This document shows, piece by piece, positions 27,977-37,500 of a stretch of 63,063 bases of DNA. Within the stretch, counting starts at the first letter, position 1. Each line of letters begins with the position of its first letter. This DNA is from Pseudomonadota bacterium. Its GTDB lineage: Bacteria; Bdellovibrionota_B; Oligoflexia; Oligoflexales; CAIYRB01. The DNA is taken from positions 1 to 63,063 of the forward strand of contig JANOTL010000039.1 in assembly GCA_031416315.1 (NCBI GenBank). Reading direction: 5' to 3'. The position numbers and the translations under genes were made by a program. The notes below the pieces were generated by a model, which was not told the origin of the DNA, made no database searches, and was given only the letters and a program-made list of their open reading frames with translations.

Positions 27977-28615
27977 ATGCGTCCCTTTGGCAACGTCGAG
28001 CTCAGGCCCTTTCTCCTCGGCGCCTTCGCGACCCTGGTCGCCGTCGGCGCCGCGCTCGTCCTGCTTTACGGCGCCCGCGTCCTGGTCGGACCGCGCGTCC
28101 TCGGCCACCATGCCTACGCGGTCGCGCCCGACTCGAGCCTCGTCGACCTCGACGCTTACGGCCAAGTGCGTATGCGCAAAGTCGCCGCGCGAGCGTTCCA
28201 CCGCATGCAAGAGGCCGCCATGCGCGACGATGTCCTCCTCGTTCCGGTCTCGGGTTTCCGCGACCTGACCAAGCAGAGGGAGCTCTTCTTCAACGGCGCG
28301 GCGCAGAAGGGCGAGACCTTGTCGGAGCGCGCCAAGATCTGCGCGCCGCCCGGATTCAGCGAGCACCACACCGGCTATTCTCTCGACGTGGGGGACGGCG
28401 CGAGCCACGAGTCCGACCTCGTCGACGGCTTCCGGGACACCCGCGCCTTCCGGTGGCTTCGGGCCAATGCCGCCAAGTACCACTTCGAGATGAGCTTCCC
28501 GCCCGCGAACAAGCAGGGCGTCGCCTACGAGCCCTGGCATTGGCGCTTCGTCGGCACGCCGCGCGCGTTCCGCACGTTTTTTCCCGCGACCCTTTCGCGC
28601 TTTCCCTTTCCTTGA
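27977..28615 (+). CDS. M15B/VanY-like D-Ala-D-Ala carboxypeptidase
   Basis: SGFR, APPGFSEHHTGYSLD, YEPWHWRFVG; N-terminal TM. Confidence 0.92.
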   Translation: MRPFGNVELRPFLLGAFATLVAVGAALVLLYGARVLVGPRVLGHHAYAVAPDSSLVDLDAYGQVRMRKVAARAFHRMQEAAMRDDVLLVPVSGFRDLTKQRELFFNGAAQKGETLSERAKICAPPGFSEHHTGYSLDVGDGASHESDLVDGFRDTRAFRWLRANAAKYHFEMSFPPANKQGVAYEPWHWRFVGTPRAFRTFFPATLSRFPFP

Positions 28616-28641
28616 CGCATGGCTTTGATTAGGCTCGGGAA

Positions 28642-30003
28642 ATGAGCTCACGTCTCGCCCTGGCCCTGGTCTTTCTCACCTGCCTCGCCGCGTCCGCGGC
28701 GGAGGGCGCGACCGTGCGCAAGGTGAGCAAGGACAAGATGAAGATCTTGATCCAGCTGAACCAGGCGGAGCTCGCGGCGGTCGACGAGGACGAAGAGGTC
28801 GTGATCGAGGTGGGTGACGACCGTTTCGTCGTCTCGTGCACCTTGGCCAAGCTGAACCCGGTCAAGCAGACGGTCGTCCTGGTGCTCGAAGCGCCGGACC
28901 GTCGTTTCACGAAGAAGCAGTCGATCCGGTTCCTCTCGATCTTTTGGAACGTCGCCTTATCGCCGCTCGTCACCACGCCGGCGCAATATCACCAGTTCGC
29001 GCATTCCTTCGGGGAGCTCGGCGCCGGCTACACGTTTCAACAGCTTCAGACGAAGGTCGAGGATCTGAAGACGACGACCACGCAGAGCGGCACGCGCGTC
29101 GCCACCGAGGCCTATCTGCATTTCGACCCCAAGTGGTTCGGCGCGAGCGTGGCGTTCGAGCGTCGGGACGGATTGATCGACACACGAGGCGTGGACGAGA
29201 CCCAGCACGTCTCGGCCAACGTCGGGATCAACCAAATCCGACCGCAGGTCTGGGCGTTCGCCGGCGAGGGCTACCGCATCGGCCTGAGGTACGACCACTC
29301 GATGATCACCGAGACGCGCGGCTCGGGCAACGACGCCCTCGCCTTCGACTACGTCATCGGCGAGCCGAAAGTCGCCTTCTCCGATTTCGACAAAGAGCAC
29401 GAGTACGTCGTGGAGTACAAGGATCGCGGCGACTTCATGGCCGTCGACACCTCGACCGTCGCGGGCCGCTTCGTCGAGGTGAAGTCGAAGCGCAAGCATC
29501 CCGCCGAGCTGCGCGTGAAGATGCGCAACGTCTCCTCGCCGGTCTTCGTCTGGGGGCTGGGCTTGGGCTTCGTCTTCTTCGAGCGCGAAGGCGTGCCGGG
29601 CGAGCCTTTGGCGCCCAAAGCGGGGCCGGAGGAGCTCCTGCGCCTCCACGCGAGCTTCGAGAGCCGGCTCCCCAGCGGGGCCAAGCTCGACTGGATGGTC
29701 TATTACGAAGGCGCGAAGACCGCGGGATTCGTGACCTCGGAACGGGGCATCAACGTTCTCGGCGGCCATCTGAGCTACCAAAGGCCGTTGCTGTTCCCTG
29801 GCTTTCTCGTCGGCGGCGCGGTCGCGCTCGAGGGCGGCCTTCGCAACGTCGAGGTCGACGCCGAAGCGGCCGGCGTCGAAGAGGACGAGAACGGCGAGAT
29901 CCCGGCGACCGCGACCGCGAAGACGACGGGCGGTGCCGCGAGCCTCTTGGCCTTTGCCCGCTTCGAGTTCGACTTCGGCGGAAAGGGCGCGCGCAAGCGC
30001 TAG
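28642..30003 (+). CDS. Secreted, probable outer-membrane beta-barrel protein
   Basis: Signal peptide; long amphipathic beta pattern; near-terminal ARFEFDF. Confidence 0.6.
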   Translation: MSSRLALALVFLTCLAASAAEGATVRKVSKDKMKILIQLNQAELAAVDEDEEVVIEVGDDRFVVSCTLAKLNPVKQTVVLVLEAPDRRFTKKQSIRFLSIFWNVALSPLVTTPAQYHQFAHSFGELGAGYTFQQLQTKVEDLKTTTTQSGTRVATEAYLHFDPKWFGASVAFERRDGLIDTRGVDETQHVSANVGINQIRPQVWAFAGEGYRIGLRYDHSMITETRGSGNDALAFDYVIGEPKVAFSDFDKEHEYVVEYKDRGDFMAVDTSTVAGRFVEVKSKRKHPAELRVKMRNVSSPVFVWGLGLGFVFFEREGVPGEPLAPKAGPEELLRLHASFESRLPSGAKLDWMVYYEGAKTAGFVTSERGINVLGGHLSYQRPLLFPGFLVGGAVALEGGLRNVEVDAEAAGVEEDENGEIPATATAKTTGGAASLLAFARFEFDFGGKGARKR

Positions 30004-30084
30004 CGCGAGCTCGCGGCCGGGCACGGTTTCCGCACACGCATAAGTTTATTAATGGTTTCAGTTAGTTGCAAAACCGGTTCCGAC

Positions 30085-30114
30085 TTGCTTCCAGCGCCGG
30101 CCTGGGGATATAAC
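30085..30114 (+). promoter_or_regulatory. sigma70-type promoter of ffs
   Basis: TTGCTT-N18-TATAAC about 10 nt before the SRP RNA stem. Confidence 0.55.
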
Positions 30115-30124
30115 GGGGCGTCAG

Positions 30125-30248
30125 CGAGCGCAGCGTGATTGCTAGGTCCTAGGTGATACCGGCCCGCAAACCCCGCCAGGCCCGGAAGGGAGCAACGGTA
30201 GTGGTGTTTGGTAGGTGCTTGGGTCACCTAGCAATCACGGTGCGCTCG
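30125..30248 (+). ncRNA. ffs: Signal recognition particle RNA (4.5S, small bacterial type); ends approximate
   Basis: Domain IV motif GCCAGGCCCGGAAGGGAGCAAC with GGAA tetraloop; closing stem 30125-30147 pairs with 30226-30248 (one mismatch); lies directly upstream of dnaX. Confidence 0.92.
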
Positions 30249-30274
30249 ATCCGTTTTCCCCGCTGAGGTCCGCC

Positions 30275-32119
30275 ATGGCGTATCAACCCCTGGCCCGCAC
30301 GTACCGCCCGGCGTGCTTCGCCGAGTTCGTCGGTCAGGACGCGGTGGCGAAGGCTCTGGCCAACGCGATCCTCACCGGGCGCGTGCTGACCAACTTGATC
30401 TTCACCGGCGTCCGCGGCGTCGGCAAGACGACGGTCGCGCGGCTCTACGCGAAGGCGCTCAACTGCGCGCAACGCGAGCCGGGGAGCGCCGAGCCCTGCG
30501 GTCTCTGCGAGAGCTGCCTCGCGATCGCGGCCGGGCATCACGAGGACGTGCTGGAGATCGACGGCGCCTCGAACACCGGCGTCGCGGACGTGCGGGCGCT
30601 GCAGGAGACGATCGACTACGCGCCGCGCCGCTCCCACTACAAAGTCTACATCATCGACGAAGTGCACATGCTGTCGCAGGCGGCCTTCAACGCGCTGCTG
30701 AAGACCTTGGAAGAGCGCCTGCCGCACGTCGTCTTCGTGTTCGCGACCACGGAGCTGGACCGCGTCCCGGAGACGATCCGCTCGCGGTGCCCGACCTTTC
30801 ATCTGCGCAAGTTCCCGCGCGAGCTGATCGCGCGGCGCTTGGCGGAGATCGTGGCGAAAGAAGGCTTGGCGGCCGAGCCCGAGGCGCTCGCCGTGATCGC
30901 ACGCGAGGGGCACGGGTCGATGCGCGATGCGCTCACCTTGCTCGACCAGGCGATCGCTTTGGGCGGCGGCATCGTGACCCTGGCGACGCTCGGACCAATG
31001 GTGTCCCGGCTTTCGTCCTCGCCTTACCTCGATCTTCTGGCCGCGATGGTGGCGCGCGACGCGAAAGCGGCGATGCTCACGATCGAGGGCCTGGATCAAA
31101 GCGGCGCCGAGCTGACGGCCGTGACGGAGGAGCTCTGCGGCTTCGCGCGCCACGCCTTCGTGGTGCGCGAGCTGGGCGTCACGGGCGTCGACGCGGCCTT
31201 CCTCGGGCTGGACGAAGGCGAGCTCGAGCGCTTGGCGGAGATCGCCCGCGCCGCGCCGGCGCTCGATCTGAATCGCATCTTCCGCACCTTGGTGAAGTGC
31301 CGCACGGAGCTCTCCGGCGAGGCGCTAGACCGATTTGTCCTCGAGAACTACGTGTTCGAATGGTGTCTCGATCCGGGCCTGCCCAATCTCGAAGACCTCC
31401 GCGGCGGCGCGAAGCTCGCGACCGCGTCGATGGCGACGACGCCGGCGCCGCTCGTCGCGCCGGGGCGCTCGTTGCGTGCGGGTGTGCAAGCGGCGATCGC
31501 GGCGCAGCCGCGATCGGGGAACCCCGCGACCTCGACGGCACCTGCCGCCGCCCCGACGCCCGGAGCGGCCCCGCTTCGCACGCCGCCCCCGGCTACGCCC
31601 CCGCCCGCGTCTGCTGCCGCGCCGCAGCCCCGCACGCCGACGACCTCGACGACTCCGACGCCGCCGACCGCGACGCCGCCGACCGCGACGCCCGCTCCCG
31701 CTTCCCCCAGCTTCCCGACCACGTGGAAAGCGATGCTCGAAGCCCTGAAACGGCCCCGCGCCGTCCTGGCCTTGAAGCTCGAGGCCACCCACCTCATCGA
31801 ATACGGGCCGGCGAAGATCGCCCTGGCCGTCGACGAGAAAACGCATGGGTCCCTGCTCTCGAAAGATGAGCAGGTGAAGCTCAAAGACCAGCTCCAGCAG
31901 CTCTTCGGCTTTTCCGGCGGCCTCGTCGTCTTTCCGCGCGCCGCCGCTGCCTCCGCCGCGCCGCTCCAGGAGACCCTGAAGGACACCCGCGTCAAAGCCG
32001 AGGGCGAGCGCCAGCAGAAGCTGGTGGAAGAGGCCCGCAACGCGCCGTTCACGAAGGAAGTGCTTGCCGTGTTCGGGGGCGCGATCGAAGATGTGAAGAC
32101 GCACTCCGCGCAAGATTGA
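30275..32119 (+). CDS. dnaX: DNA polymerase III subunit gamma/tau
   Basis: LARTYRP, GVRGVGKTT, Zn finger C...PCGLCESC, EIDGAS, IIDEVHML, IRSRC, GSMRDA; Pro/Thr/Ala linker. Confidence 0.95.
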   Translation: MAYQPLARTYRPACFAEFVGQDAVAKALANAILTGRVLTNLIFTGVRGVGKTTVARLYAKALNCAQREPGSAEPCGLCESCLAIAAGHHEDVLEIDGASNTGVADVRALQETIDYAPRRSHYKVYIIDEVHMLSQAAFNALLKTLEERLPHVVFVFATTELDRVPETIRSRCPTFHLRKFPRELIARRLAEIVAKEGLAAEPEALAVIAREGHGSMRDALTLLDQAIALGGGIVTLATLGPMVSRLSSSPYLDLLAAMVARDAKAAMLTIEGLDQSGAELTAVTEELCGFARHAFVVRELGVTGVDAAFLGLDEGELERLAEIARAAPALDLNRIFRTLVKCRTELSGEALDRFVLENYVFEWCLDPGLPNLEDLRGGAKLATASMATTPAPLVAPGRSLRAGVQAAIAAQPRSGNPATSTAPAAAPTPGAAPLRTPPPATPPPASAAAPQPRTPTTSTTPTPPTATPPTATPAPASPSFPTTWKAMLEALKRPRAVLALKLEATHLIEYGPAKIALAVDEKTHGSLLSKDEQVKLKDQLQQLFGFSGGLVVFPRAAAASAAPLQETLKDTRVKAEGERQQKLVEEARNAPFTKEVLAVFGGAIEDVKTHSAQD

Positions 32120-32134
32120 CGGCGGCCAGCTCGC

Positions 32135-32716
32135 ATGGCGTTCACGAACTTCGACACCAAAGAGATCAACTGCAAGGTCCTCTACCTCGGACCCCGCGGC
32201 GCGGGAAAGACGGAGAACCTGCGCTCGATCTACAAGAGCACCTCCGCCGAGGTGCGCTCAGGCCTCCTCGAGCTGGAGGACGCCGCCGGCCCGACGCGCT
32301 TTTTCGACTTCCTGCCGATCAGCCTCGGGCACGTGCGCGACTTCCACATCAAGCTGCATCTCTACACGTTGCCGACCAACTCGCTCTATGACTCGGTCGC
32401 CTCCGTGATCCTGAAGGGCGTCGACGGCTTCGTTTACGTCGCCGACTCCCGCGTCGAAGCGATGGCCGACAACGTCGAGTCGCTGCAAGCCGCCCGCAAG
32501 CTCCTCGCCGAGGAAGGCCTGAACGTCGCCGACATGCCGCGCGTCGTGCAATACAACAAGCGCGACCTCCCCGACGTTCTGCCGCTCGAGATCCTGCGCC
32601 AGGAGCTCAATCCCGGGGGCGTCCCGGATCAAAAGGCGGTCGCCTCGCAGTCGGTCGGCACGATGGAGACCTTGCAGGCGATGGCGAAGCTCATTCTGCG
32701 CAAGCTCGCGCCCTAA
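32135..32716 (+). CDS. mglA: MglA-family small GTPase, catalytically degenerate
   Basis: EINCK, GPRGAGKT, FFDFLP, HLYT, LKGVDG, VADS, QYNKRDLP; aligns without gaps to Myxococcus MglA as recalled. Confidence 0.88.
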   Translation: MAFTNFDTKEINCKVLYLGPRGAGKTENLRSIYKSTSAEVRSGLLELEDAAGPTRFFDFLPISLGHVRDFHIKLHLYTLPTNSLYDSVASVILKGVDGFVYVADSRVEAMADNVESLQAARKLLAEEGLNVADMPRVVQYNKRDLPDVLPLEILRQELNPGGVPDQKAVASQSVGTMETLQAMAKLILRKLAP

Positions 32717-32732
32717 CTCCCAGGAGATCACG

Positions 32733-33197
32733 ATGCTTTCGATCAACTGTCCGACCTCCTGGGCGATCCTTCTCTTCGTGGTGCGCGACCAGAAAGGCGT
32801 CTTGCGTCTGCCCCGTGACGGCGACGGCGACGAGCCTGCGGCGCAGGGTATTCTCTTCCAGGCACGCCCGCTGATGCCGATCCAGGAGCAGCTCGTCACG
32901 CAGGCTTCGCGCGTCGTGAAGGAGGACATGGCGCGCCGCATCGCCGTCGACCAGGCCTACGCCGACACGGTGACCTTGGCGAGCGGCGAGGCCGCGACGC
33001 TCTATTTGGCTCGGCTGCCGGAGACGGATCCCCTGCGCGCGCCGGACGCTTGGCCGACCTTTCCGGCGATGCTCAGGGCCTTGCCCTCGGACCGCCGGCG
33101 GCTGCCCTTTCTCCGCGCCTTCCAAGTGGCGAGCGGCGCCCTCGAGGGCACCGTCAAAGCCGTCGACATCGAGGACCTGAAAAAATCATGGACCTGA
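32733..33197 (+). CDS. Hypothetical protein
   Basis: SD AGGAG; sits between mglA and pepQ and overlaps the pepQ start. Confidence 0.6.
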   Translation: MLSINCPTSWAILLFVVRDQKGVLRLPRDGDGDEPAAQGILFQARPLMPIQEQLVTQASRVVKEDMARRIAVDQAYADTVTLASGEAATLYLARLPETDPLRAPDAWPTFPAMLRALPSDRRRLPFLRAFQVASGALEGTVKAVDIEDLKKSWT

Positions 33198-34495
33198 AGC
33201 CGCTCTTTCTCGCGCACGTCGAGACCTTGCAAAAAAATACCGAGAAGGTCCTGGCCGAGCTCGGCCTCGAGACGCTGGTCCTGCATTCGGGCAAGGACGT
33301 CTACTACGCCGACGACGACATGACCGTGCCGTTCCGGCCGTACCATCACTTCGCATACTGGTGCCCGCTCGAAGGGCCCGGCCACATGGTCGTGGTCGCC
33401 GCGGGCAAAAAGCCGACGCTCTACTACCACTCGCCCGCCGACTACTGGCACGAGCACTCGAAGATCGGCGAGGAGTTTTGGACCACGGCCTTCGACGTCG
33501 TCGAGCGTCCCGACGAGGCGACGATCTGGGCTGCGGTGACCGGCCTTCGCCACGCCGCCTACGTCGGTCCTGACGCGGAGCGCGCGAAAGCCGCGGGGCT
33601 CGCGACCGGGATCGACTCGATGGCTTCGCGTCTCAACTGGGACCGAAGCTTCAAGACGCCCTACGAGGTCGAGTGCACGGTCGGCGCGACCAAGCTCGCG
33701 GCCACGGGCCACGCCGCCGCGAAAGAGGCGTTTTTTGCCGGCGGCTCCGAGCTCGACATCCACAACGCGTTCCTGCGCGCGATGCGGGTCACGGAGCTCG
33801 AGCTGCCTTATCAGACAATCGTCTGCCTCAACGAGAAGGGCGCGGTCCTTCACTACCACCGTAAGCGCGACGACGTGCGCTCGGGCAAAGCCATGCTCAT
33901 CGACGCAGGCGCGAAGGTCCGCGGCTATGCCTCCGATATCACGCGTACCTACGTCGCCGAGTCGGCGCACACCGTATTCCGGCACCTGTTGACGGGAATG
34001 GAGACCTTGCAACAGGCCGTCGTCCACGCGGTGAAGCCCGGCGTATCCTTCGCCGATCTGCATGCGAAGTCGCATCTCTTGGTGGCGCGTCTCCTCCTTG
34101 AGCAAGGCATTTTGCGCAAGACGACGGCGGAGGCGGCGGTCGAGGACGCCTTGACCGGGCCCTTCTATCCGCACGGTCTGGGCCATCAGCTCGGCCTCTT
34201 CGTCCACGACGTCGCGGGCAAGCAGCTCGACCGCCACGGCGGCATGTCCCGGCCGAACCCGAAGTTCAAATACTTGCGCACCAACCGCGTCCTGGGCGCG
34301 GGCAATCTCATTACCATCGAGCCGGGGCTCTACTTCATCGACATGCTGCTCGCCCCTTTCCGCGAGGGCGCGCACCGCGAGAAGTTCGACTGGGACCTGA
34401 TCGGGCAGCTCACCCCTTTCGGCGGCATTCGCATCGAGGACGACGTGCTGGTGACCGAAGCCGGGGTGCGGAACCTCACGCGCGAGCAAATGTAG
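33188..34495 (+). CDS. pepQ: Xaa-Pro dipeptidase (prolidase)
   Basis: LIDAGA, YASDITRT, PHGLGHQLGLFVHDV, TIEPGLYF, GGIRIEDDV. Confidence 0.93.
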   Translation: MDLKPLFLAHVETLQKNTEKVLAELGLETLVLHSGKDVYYADDDMTVPFRPYHHFAYWCPLEGPGHMVVVAAGKKPTLYYHSPADYWHEHSKIGEEFWTTAFDVVERPDEATIWAAVTGLRHAAYVGPDAERAKAAGLATGIDSMASRLNWDRSFKTPYEVECTVGATKLAATGHAAAKEAFFAGGSELDIHNAFLRAMRVTELELPYQTIVCLNEKGAVLHYHRKRDDVRSGKAMLIDAGAKVRGYASDITRTYVAESAHTVFRHLLTGMETLQQAVVHAVKPGVSFADLHAKSHLLVARLLLEQGILRKTTAEAAVEDALTGPFYPHGLGHQLGLFVHDVAGKQLDRHGGMSRPNPKFKYLRTNRVLGAGNLITIEPGLYFIDMLLAPFREGAHREKFDWDLIGQLTPFGGIRIEDDVLVTEAGVRNLTREQM

Positions 34496-34553
34496 AAGCT
34501 GGAAGACCCCCAAAAGCGTCGACAAAGTCGACACCGACCCGCTCCCTTACACT

Positions 34554-34592
34554 CCCCCGAATCCATTGGACCCCAATGGTTTCGGGGGTTTT
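34554..34592 (+). terminator. Probable intrinsic terminator of pepQ
   Basis: Stem CCCCCGAA-T-CCATTGG / CCAATGG-T-TTCGGGGG followed by TTTT. Confidence 0.65.
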
Positions 34593-34597
34593 CCGTC

Positions 34598-34613
34598 TGG
34601 CTTGGCGCTTGCA
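34598..34613 (+). promoter_or_regulatory. sigma54-like promoter
   Basis: TGGCTTG-GCGC-TTGCA with correct GG/GC spacing, 45 nt before ATG 34658. Confidence 0.55.
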
Positions 34614-34657
34614 CCACCTTTCACAACGGAGACTCACTAGAGGCGGAGACGAAAGTC

Positions 34658-35506
34658 ATGATCAAGAAGCTGAAGCTGAAATCTTGGGTGGCGGTTGCGG
34701 CGGGAATGATGACACTGAGCGGCGTCGCGCAGGCGAAAGCCGAGCTCCTCTGCAACAAGAAGCAAACCAAGTGCGTCGCAGACTCGACCCAGCTGACGAT
34801 CGGCGACGAGGTCGGCATCTTCAACACCGACGGCGAGATGGTCGCCAAGGGTGAGATCATGGCGATGAAGGGCGAGCGTCGCGCCGTCCAAATCAATAAG
34901 CGTTATGGATCGGTCCGCCGCGACTACAAGCTGGCGCTCCTCGAGACGAAGCCCGGTGACGGCGGCGTCACCAACTATGCAGTGTACAAGACCCCGGCCG
35001 AGAACCTGGTCGGCGCGTCGGCGGGTCTGTCGACGATCACGATCGGCGAAGGCAGCCCCGCGGCGGAGTACTCGGCTTTCGGTCAACATCGTTTGAGCTC
35101 AGGCCTCGCCCTCGTCGGTCGCGCGGTCTACACCGCGATGGAAGGCGAAGTGACGCGCTACGGCGAGTTCAACGGCCTCGAGCATCAATCGATCAGCGTC
35201 TCGGGTTTCGGCCTCCTCGGCGGCGTCGGCTACACGCTGCGCGAAGGCAAGACCGTGGCGTTCCGCGGGGAATTGGCCGCCGGCGGCATGTACGTCTCGG
35301 CCGACATCGGCGGCGACGCGGATGCGGTCAACGATCCCAACTATGAAGCGCGCGTGCGCAACGGCATGAACTGGTACGGTCGCGGCAGCGTCGGCCTGAT
35401 GCTCAAGCTGAGCAGCTGGAACGTTCACATGGACGTCGCGCAGAGCGCCATCTACCAGGCGAGCGCCACGACCTTGGCGGTCGGCCTCTCCAAAGATCTG
35501 AAGTAA
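34658..35506 (+). CDS. Secreted protein with small N-terminal domain and probable beta-barrel
   Basis: Signal peptide AQAKA; amphipathic strands; ends AVGLSKDLK. Confidence 0.65.
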   Translation: MIKKLKLKSWVAVAAGMMTLSGVAQAKAELLCNKKQTKCVADSTQLTIGDEVGIFNTDGEMVAKGEIMAMKGERRAVQINKRYGSVRRDYKLALLETKPGDGGVTNYAVYKTPAENLVGASAGLSTITIGEGSPAAEYSAFGQHRLSSGLALVGRAVYTAMEGEVTRYGEFNGLEHQSISVSGFGLLGGVGYTLREGKTVAFRGELAAGGMYVSADIGGDADAVNDPNYEARVRNGMNWYGRGSVGLMLKLSSWNVHMDVAQSAIYQASATTLAVGLSKDLK

Positions 35507-35615
35507 TCGCTAGTGTCCTGTTCTGGTGCGTGAGTTCCTCCAATGCGGCGCAGGCTCCACGAGAGCTTGCGTCCGTTTTCGTTTTTCTTCCGCGTCTTCC
35601 CCGGAGGAAGGTAGC

Positions 35616-36815
35616 CTATGGGCGCTCCAGGAACTCCGCGTGCAGCTCGCCGAGGCACCGCGTCACCTGGTCCTCCGCGACGCAGATCGTGATCGCGCCG
35701 TTGCGGGAATCGATCATGCGGGCCGCGTCTCCGACCGTCTTGCAGACTTGCTGGACGGTCTCCGGGCTTTGCTGGAAGCCTTCGCCGACGATCGTGATCG
35801 TCGCCAGGCCGAAGACCCTGCGGACGACGGTCGCCGCGAGCGCCGCGCCGAACTCGGGAACGAGGCTCGCCTTCAAGACCAGGGTGAGCTCGACGACTCC
35901 CGGCTCCGGCGACTGTTGGTAGGAAAGCATCGGACTCTCGCCTTGCTGCCAGAGCCAGGCGAGCGCCTCGCCGATCGCCGCGGCCTTGGCGAAGCGGTAG
36001 GTGACCAGGGCCGTGCCGGTCTTGTGGGCCAGGGCGACGACTTTGGGGCTTTCCACGGCTGGCTTCTCCGGATGGGCGGCGGCGCCGCGCACGATGGTTC
36101 CCGCGCGGTCGAGCTGGATGCTCGAGCGGATCTCGAAGGGAAGGTTGAATTTGCTCGCAAGGTGCGCGCTGCGTGGCTGTAGGACGCTGGCGCCGGCCCA
36201 GGCGAGCGCCGACATCGAGCTCCAGGAGATTTCGGGCAGGATGCGCGCATGCGGGACGGAGCGGGGATCGGCGGTGAAAACGCCGGGTACGTCCTTGTAC
36301 AGCTCGCACGTCGCGGCGCCGAGGCTCGCGGCCAGGGCGACGGCGGAGAGGTCGGAGCCGCCGCGGCCGAGCGTCGTGATCTCTTTCGTGCGCTGGCTCA
36401 TGCCTTGGAAGCCGGCGACGATGATGACATTGCCTTCGTCCAGGCCGTGGCGGATGCGGTCGCCGAGAATCTTGTGGATGCGCGCGTTGCCGTGCGTCTC
36501 ATCGGTCAAGATGCCGCACTGCGATCCCGTCAGGGAACGAGCCTTGACGCCGACCTTCGCCAGGGCGATCGCAAGCAGGGAGGCGCTGATGCGCTCCCCT
36601 GCGGAGAGCAGCATGTCGAGCTCGCGGCGCGGCGGCTTGTCGTTCAGCTGCATCGCCATCTCGAGCAAGTCGTCCGTCTGCTCGCCCATCGCCGATATGG
36701 TCACGATGACGCGGTTTTTGGCGGCGACCGTCGCCTGCACGTGCCGCGCGACGTTTTGGATGTGCGCGAGGCTGCCGACGGAGGTGCCGCCGTACTTTTG
36801 GACGATGAGTCTCAT
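35616..36815 (-). CDS. lysC: Aspartate kinase
   Basis: VQKYGGTSV, SAMG-TDDLL, GERIS, AGFQG, TTLGRGGSD, DVPGVFTADP; divergent ACT region. Confidence 0.93.
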   Translation of the reverse strand: MRLIVQKYGGTSVGSLAHIQNVARHVQATVAAKNRVIVTISAMGEQTDDLLEMAMQLNDKPPRRELDMLLSAGERISASLLAIALAKVGVKARSLTGSQCGILTDETHGNARIHKILGDRIRHGLDEGNVIIVAGFQGMSQRTKEITTLGRGGSDLSAVALAASLGAATCELYKDVPGVFTADPRSVPHARILPEISWSSMSALAWAGASVLQPRSAHLASKFNLPFEIRSSIQLDRAGTIVRGAAAHPEKPAVESPKVVALAHKTGTALVTYRFAKAAAIGEALAWLWQQGESPMLSYQQSPEPGVVELTLVLKASLVPEFGAALAATVVRRVFGLATITIVGEGFQQSPETVQQVCKTVGDAARMIDSRNGAITICVAEDQVTRCLGELHAEFLERP

Positions 36816-36930
36816 GCGGTCGATTCTACCCGATAAGGCCGTCTAATGACCGTCATAACCATTATCTATTTCTCCCCCGGCGCCGCCACGACTATCGTCA
36901 TGGGATCTTAATTTCCTTGGGGGTTTTGCG

Positions 36931-37500
36931 ATGATGAAGTCGATGCTCACGGCCGCCGCTTGCGGTCTTTTCCTCTCTGCCGCGGCGCCGGCGTTCGGAG
37001 CGACCTACACCGTCGACCCGAATCACTCCGCCGTGGTCTTCAAAATCGGTCACCTCGGCGTCAGCAAAGTCGTCGGCCGCTTTAACACCTTCACGGGCTC
37101 CTTCGTCGTCAGCGACGCCGGCGCGCTCGAGTCCACCTCCGTCACCGTGCAAGTCACGAGCGTCGACACCGCCGTCGCGCGTCGCGACAACCACCTGCGC
37201 GGCGCGGACTTCTTCAACGTCGCGCAGTTTCCGACCATGACCTTTGCCTCGACCGGCGTGCAGGCGCTCGACGACGACAGCTTCGAAGTCGTAGGCAACC
37301 TGACCTTGCACGGCGTCACCCGCCAGGTCACGGTCCCGATGCAGAAGCTCGGCACCATGCGCGACCGCCAGGGCGTCTCGCACATCGGCGCGGAAGGCCA
37401 TTTCACGCTGAAGCGCACGGATTTCGGCATGACCAACATGGTCGGCGACATCGGCGACGATGTCGAGGTCAGCCTCTTCTTCGAGGCCCTTCAGCAGTGA
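36931..37500 (+). CDS. yceI: YceI family polyisoprenoid-binding protein
   Basis: Signal peptide; YTVDPNHS, GRFNTFTG, RDNHLRGADFF, GNLTLHGVT, KRTDFGM. Confidence 0.92.
   Translation: MMKSMLTAAACGLFLSAAAPAFGATYTVDPNHSAVVFKIGHLGVSKVVGRFNTFTGSFVVSDAGALESTSVTVQVTSVDTAVARRDNHLRGADFFNVAQFPTMTFASTGVQALDDDSFEVVGNLTLHGVTRQVTVPMQKLGTMRDRQGVSHIGAEGHFTLKRTDFGMTNMVGDIGDDVEVSLFFEALQQ

Noticed and set aside
31380..31720. Programmed frameshift in dnaX, or a repeat array in its linker
   Set aside because: No A-AAA-AAG or poly-A slippery site; the CCGACCGCGACG repeats only encode the Pro/Thr/Ala linker and have no spacers, so this is not CRISPR.
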